A model generated the notes under the pieces. The model saw only the letters and a list, made by a program, of their open reading frames with translations. It had not been told where the DNA came from and did no database searches. DNA of 64,000 bases from Eledone cirrhosa (Eukaryota), in contig OZ024742.1 of NCBI GenBank assembly GCA_964016885.1, positions 231,136,001 through 231,200,000 on the forward strand. Direction: 5' to 3'. Shown here in pieces: positions 59,594 to 64,000 of this stretch. The stretch's first letter is position 1. Each line of letters begins with the position of its first letter. The position numbers and the translations under genes are program-made.

Positions 59594-59700
<107 letters not shown>

Positions 59701-60244
59701 CAAAACGACAAAGTGAAGGAGGTAATGCCATCCTATTGTTTTATACTTTCAATGTAGTATACGTTCTTCCAATCGCACTATTCTTATGCCCAGCTTTCAT
59801 ATCATTAAATCTTCTTTTAATTATACTATTGCAGCATTAGAAAGAATATTTGAAAAGTCAATGAAACAACGAAAAAGTAATAACGAAACGAAAATAACAA
59901 AAATAAATAATTAAAGGCTAATTTGCAATTGTATTAATCATTCAGGCTGCATTTAATTGATTAGATATTTCGTGATAAGGATACATAGTTAGATAATAGT
60001 TTGGAAATAAGCAGTTGTCGAACATGCGTTAACTATAAAATAGACTTTAGAGGTTGTCTGAGAATAGATAAAGCGTTAAGAAGAAAACCGGTAGGTTCTC
60101 ATTGAGAAAAACATGAAACGAATTCATGTTATATAAACTAGGATATAAGCCATTGTTTTATGAACAGAAGATGTAATATGTAATATTTGATTTCATCAGC
60201 AGACTTTAACAAAGCTGCGCGTGTGGATTATATGTATACATGTG

Positions 60245-60405
<161 letters not shown>

Positions 60406-60473
60406 GGTGTGTGGGTGCGTCTCTGTGTGTGTGGGCGTCTATGTGTGTTTATATATATATATATATATATATA

Positions 60474-61395
60474 TACATTATGAAGAGAGAAGAAACATTT
60501 AGATATAATTAGTAATAAAATGTATCATACCTAAACTGCTCCTAAATTCCTCGACTACGTAGTTTCGTGGCATAAACAAAAACAATATATCATAAAGATA
60601 TAGAGTCCCTGCGAGGTCTGCCGACTTATCAAGAGGATACCTCATTTTACTAGTCTCAAGAACGCGTCTACACGACGTGAGAAAGAATCCCAAAAGGCGG
60701 AGGGGGAGATAGTCACGCGATATAACGGTCGAGAAACAGAGCTAAGCCTCTTATAACCCCGAAGAAAATACCACGGAGGCGGAGGGGGTATTTATATCGA
60801 GGCCGTAGAAGAGGTGGTGAAGAAGGCGGGAAGTATGAGTAATGGAAGCTTTTCAGCTGTCCCCACACTTCAAAGATTGCTCGACCAGAGGGAGTTATTA
60901 ACAATATATTTAGAAACACACAGATACATGCGGACACACACATATATACATGAATGCATCCGCACCCAACTGTGAGTTAAGGGTGCCAACTTCACCGATG
61001 TTGCTCAATGAATGACTGGGACAGACCAATTCAGTTGAACTAGACTGAACCAGTATCAGAGTTAAAAATACATTATGAAGAGAGAAGAAACATTTAGATA
61101 TAATTAGTAATAAAATGTATCATACCTAAACTGCTCCTAAATTCCTCGACTACGTAGTTTCGTGGCATAAACAAAAACAATATATCATAAAGATATAGAG
61201 TCCCTGCGAGGTCTGCCGGTCTAATGTATTTTTAACTCTGATACTGGTTCAGTCTAGTTCAACTGAATTGGTCTGTCCCAGTCATTCATTGAGCAACATC
61301 GGTGAAGTTGGCACCCTTAACTCACAGTTGGGTGCGGATGCATTCATGTATATATGTGTGTGTCCGCATGTATCTGTGTGTTTCTAAATATATTG

Positions 61396-61398
<3 letters not shown>
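60474..61398 (-). mobile_element. Partial-tandem plus inverted pLTR-like element with two decayed HHRs
   Basis: 60474-60623 is repeated at 61069-61218; 60899-61075 is inverted at 61222-61398; HHR-like motifs at 60548-60637 and 60837-60882 (minus strand). Confidence 0.8.
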
Positions 61399-61450
<52 letters not shown>

Positions 61451-61879
61451 TATATATATGTACATATATATATATATATATGTGTGTGTATATAAATGTT
61501 TATATATATATGTATATATAAATGTATATATATATATGTGTGTGTGTGTGGGGGGGGGGGGGTATGTGGGTGTGTGAGAGAGAGAGAGTGTGTGTGTGTG
61601 TGTGTGTAAGAAAAAGAAGTTGAAAATGCAATTGGATTTTTTAAAGAAGCTTTATTTACAATAATTTTTAACTTTGCCGGTTTCATAAGTTTCGTAATTT
61701 TCAAAAGTTAAGAGAGGCGGAGAGATGTGTGCCTATGGCGTCGTGTAACTCGCATCTGACGTTGTTGGGAAATTCTTTCAGTTTTATGCAAAAAAAGGTG
61801 TCTGAAATTGCTATGTTTGAACTACAATTTAATAGGTTGAGAAAGATCACGGGATTAGGCATCAAATTTTGTGATGATT

Positions 61880-62323
61880 TAGCGCCAAAATTCGTCTTGT
61901 GGCACCACGCGTTTTGACTGTTATTGGTGGGTTTGTGGTGGGTAATTTGGTGCGGGTGAGTAGTTTTTAAAACGATTTTGGTTGTCTTTTGCTTTTGATT
62001 ATTTTATGAGTTTCAAGCGCTATTTATATTCTTGGGTCTTGTCTCAATAGTGGGATGTTCTTATGGATAATATGGTAGACCTCTGTATTTCTTGGATTGA
62101 GTGTTGAGATATAGGGTAGAATATTGGATGTATCTGAAATTGTTTTTGCTTTTCGTAATTCTTGAATGTCTATTGCTTTAGCACGCTCTATTCCATTGTC
62201 TATTAATAATGATGGATACTCTCTTTTGAGTAGAATTTCTTTTAGTTCTTGACATCTTTTATTCAGAGTTTCATAATTTGGAACAATTGTACAGATTCTT
62301 CTTGGTAGATTAAATGTAATATG
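61880..62323 (-). pseudogene. Penelope-like RT thumb/linker fragment
   Basis: Manual translation gives ITFNLPRRICTIV...LKEILLKREYPSLLIDNGIERAK...LPYISTLNP...IIKSKRQPKS, with stop codons. Confidence 0.8.
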
Positions 62324-62854
62324 TAATATGTGTCTTCATCCTTGAAAACAAAATGACTCCAATTGCATTTTCATCTTTTTCCTTTATTTTTACCCGTGTG
62401 GGATATATTAAGAAAAAACTTACTTTCGAATACCTATACATATACATATGTAAGTGTGTGTGTGTGTGTGTTTGTGGACTGACCGACAGTTAGGCAAATA
62501 GATAGAGAGATTTCCCTATTCGTTTACTTTCGCTTCGTATTTTACCTAATTTTGGCACAGCGTTCATCTTTAAGAATCATCCATTTCGCTTTGTGCCTAT
62601 CACTGGAAAGTGATCCATCAAACGAAGTTGTCATGTTCTGTATATTTCCTTGGTTCCAATACAGAAAACTTGTGTCATTAATCAACAAGGCATGCTCAGT
62701 TACTTGTATAGAATCCTCTTTGATTAGCTTGCCGTAGCTTTCTCACTAATTTTCCTGCCTTTTATCGCTAGTTTCGTCGATTCTATCTACATAATCAAAA
62801 TGATATCCATGATATATAGTTTAGGTTCTGTGCATGAATAACTCGTAAATCTTG

Positions 62855-62994
<140 letters not shown>

Positions 62995-63229
62995 ACTTTT
63001 ATGGGCGTGTGTGATAAACGTACTAATCATACACGGAATTAAAACTCATACACTGTATATAGATAAGCAAGCAACGTGGGGGAACTTCAAAGTAAACCGT
63101 CACCATTAATATAAATTGTGTGTGCGTGTGTGGTGTTGATCCCATTGTGCAGTCACTGCGGCGAAAGCCTTCTACTATTGCTTCCTACCATGATGCGGAC
63201 TTTGTTGTACACTCAGAAGCAGACATGCA

Positions 63230-64000
63230 GTACACGATGGATAAGTATGTGCTCTTTTGGGAGTCTCACTGTCAGCTTAACTAAGACCAAAGTTATGTAC
63301 ACTCCAGCACCAACAGAACCTTGACTAAATTGTTGGTGGTGGTGGATGTTTTTTATTTGTATCTGTTTAGTATTCTGTCAAGTTAGGTACAGAAATACAT
63401 CTTCGAGTACAGAAATCAAGCACTGAATTTGGAAAAGTAGTGAAAAGGGTGTGGTCAGAAAAAAGACAACATTGAGGACAAAAATAACTGTATGAGGCAT
63501 GTATGCTTAGTTTTGTTATATAAGTGTGAGGCATGGACCACTCACCAGCGACAATTCAGGATACTTGAAAGACCCTACCAAACGTGTCTTTGGCAGATCC
63601 TATGTATTCAAAGGAGAAGCATGACACCTAAAACTGTTCTACAAAGATCAGTTCCCTTCTCATTAAGAGTTAAATATTCTGGGATGGGCAACTTGTTCAT
63701 ATGAATGACACACGGCTTCGAAAGAAATATTTTATGGTAAGCTTGTGCAAGGAAAAAGACCACAGCATAAGCTTAAGAAAAGGCACAAAGATTGTATTAA
63801 GGAAAATGTAAAATGTCTGGATTTAGATATAAATCTATGCGAAAATCAAGCTCTTGATCATAATATATGGAGAAAGACAATTATATGAAGGTGTTAATTA
63901 TTGGATGAAACTAAAAATGCAAAAGCTGTGCTAAAATGAACACCAAAAAAGGATGAGTTGGTAGGGCTTGAAAATGTTGATTATTGGAATTGCAATTTCC
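63230..64000 (+). pseudogene. Decayed RTE (BovB-like) LINE RT C-terminal region
   Basis: LTVSLTKTKVMY, VLLYKCEAWT..RILE..QTCLWQIL, MNDTRL..FYGKLVQGKR; multiple frameshifts. Confidence 0.8.

Noticed and set aside
62545-62810. Open frame of ~65 aa ending at a GT donor-like site (minus)
   Set aside because: Its upstream part matches 53100-53170 in inverted orientation, suggesting a dispersed repeat; no product was recognised.

Overview
This is AT-rich, microsatellite-saturated animal DNA that looks intronic or intergenic. The SINE repertoire and (TA)n/(CA)n/(GA)n density suggest a cephalopod such as Octopus (inference). No intact host gene is evident, and nearly all predicted ORFs are microsatellite artefacts. 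Recognisable content: many tRNA-derived SINEs, two tandem 5'-truncated Tx1/L1-clade LINEs in (GATA)n, RTE and RLE-type LINE fragments, a mariner fragment, a Tc/mariner MITE, 18-bp and 41-bp minisatellites, and Penelope-like GIY-YIG and RT-thumb fragments. The main signal is about 20 type I hammerhead ribozyme (HHR) motifs, intact, decayed or half. They lie in roughly a dozen short non-coding element families, almost all inserted in (TA)n tracts. Many have a fold-back (palindrome plus one-sided tail) or partial-tandem/circularly permuted layout, consistent with non-autonomous Penelope-like or retrozyme-like RNAs. All coordinates and folds were read by eye and may be off by a few nt.
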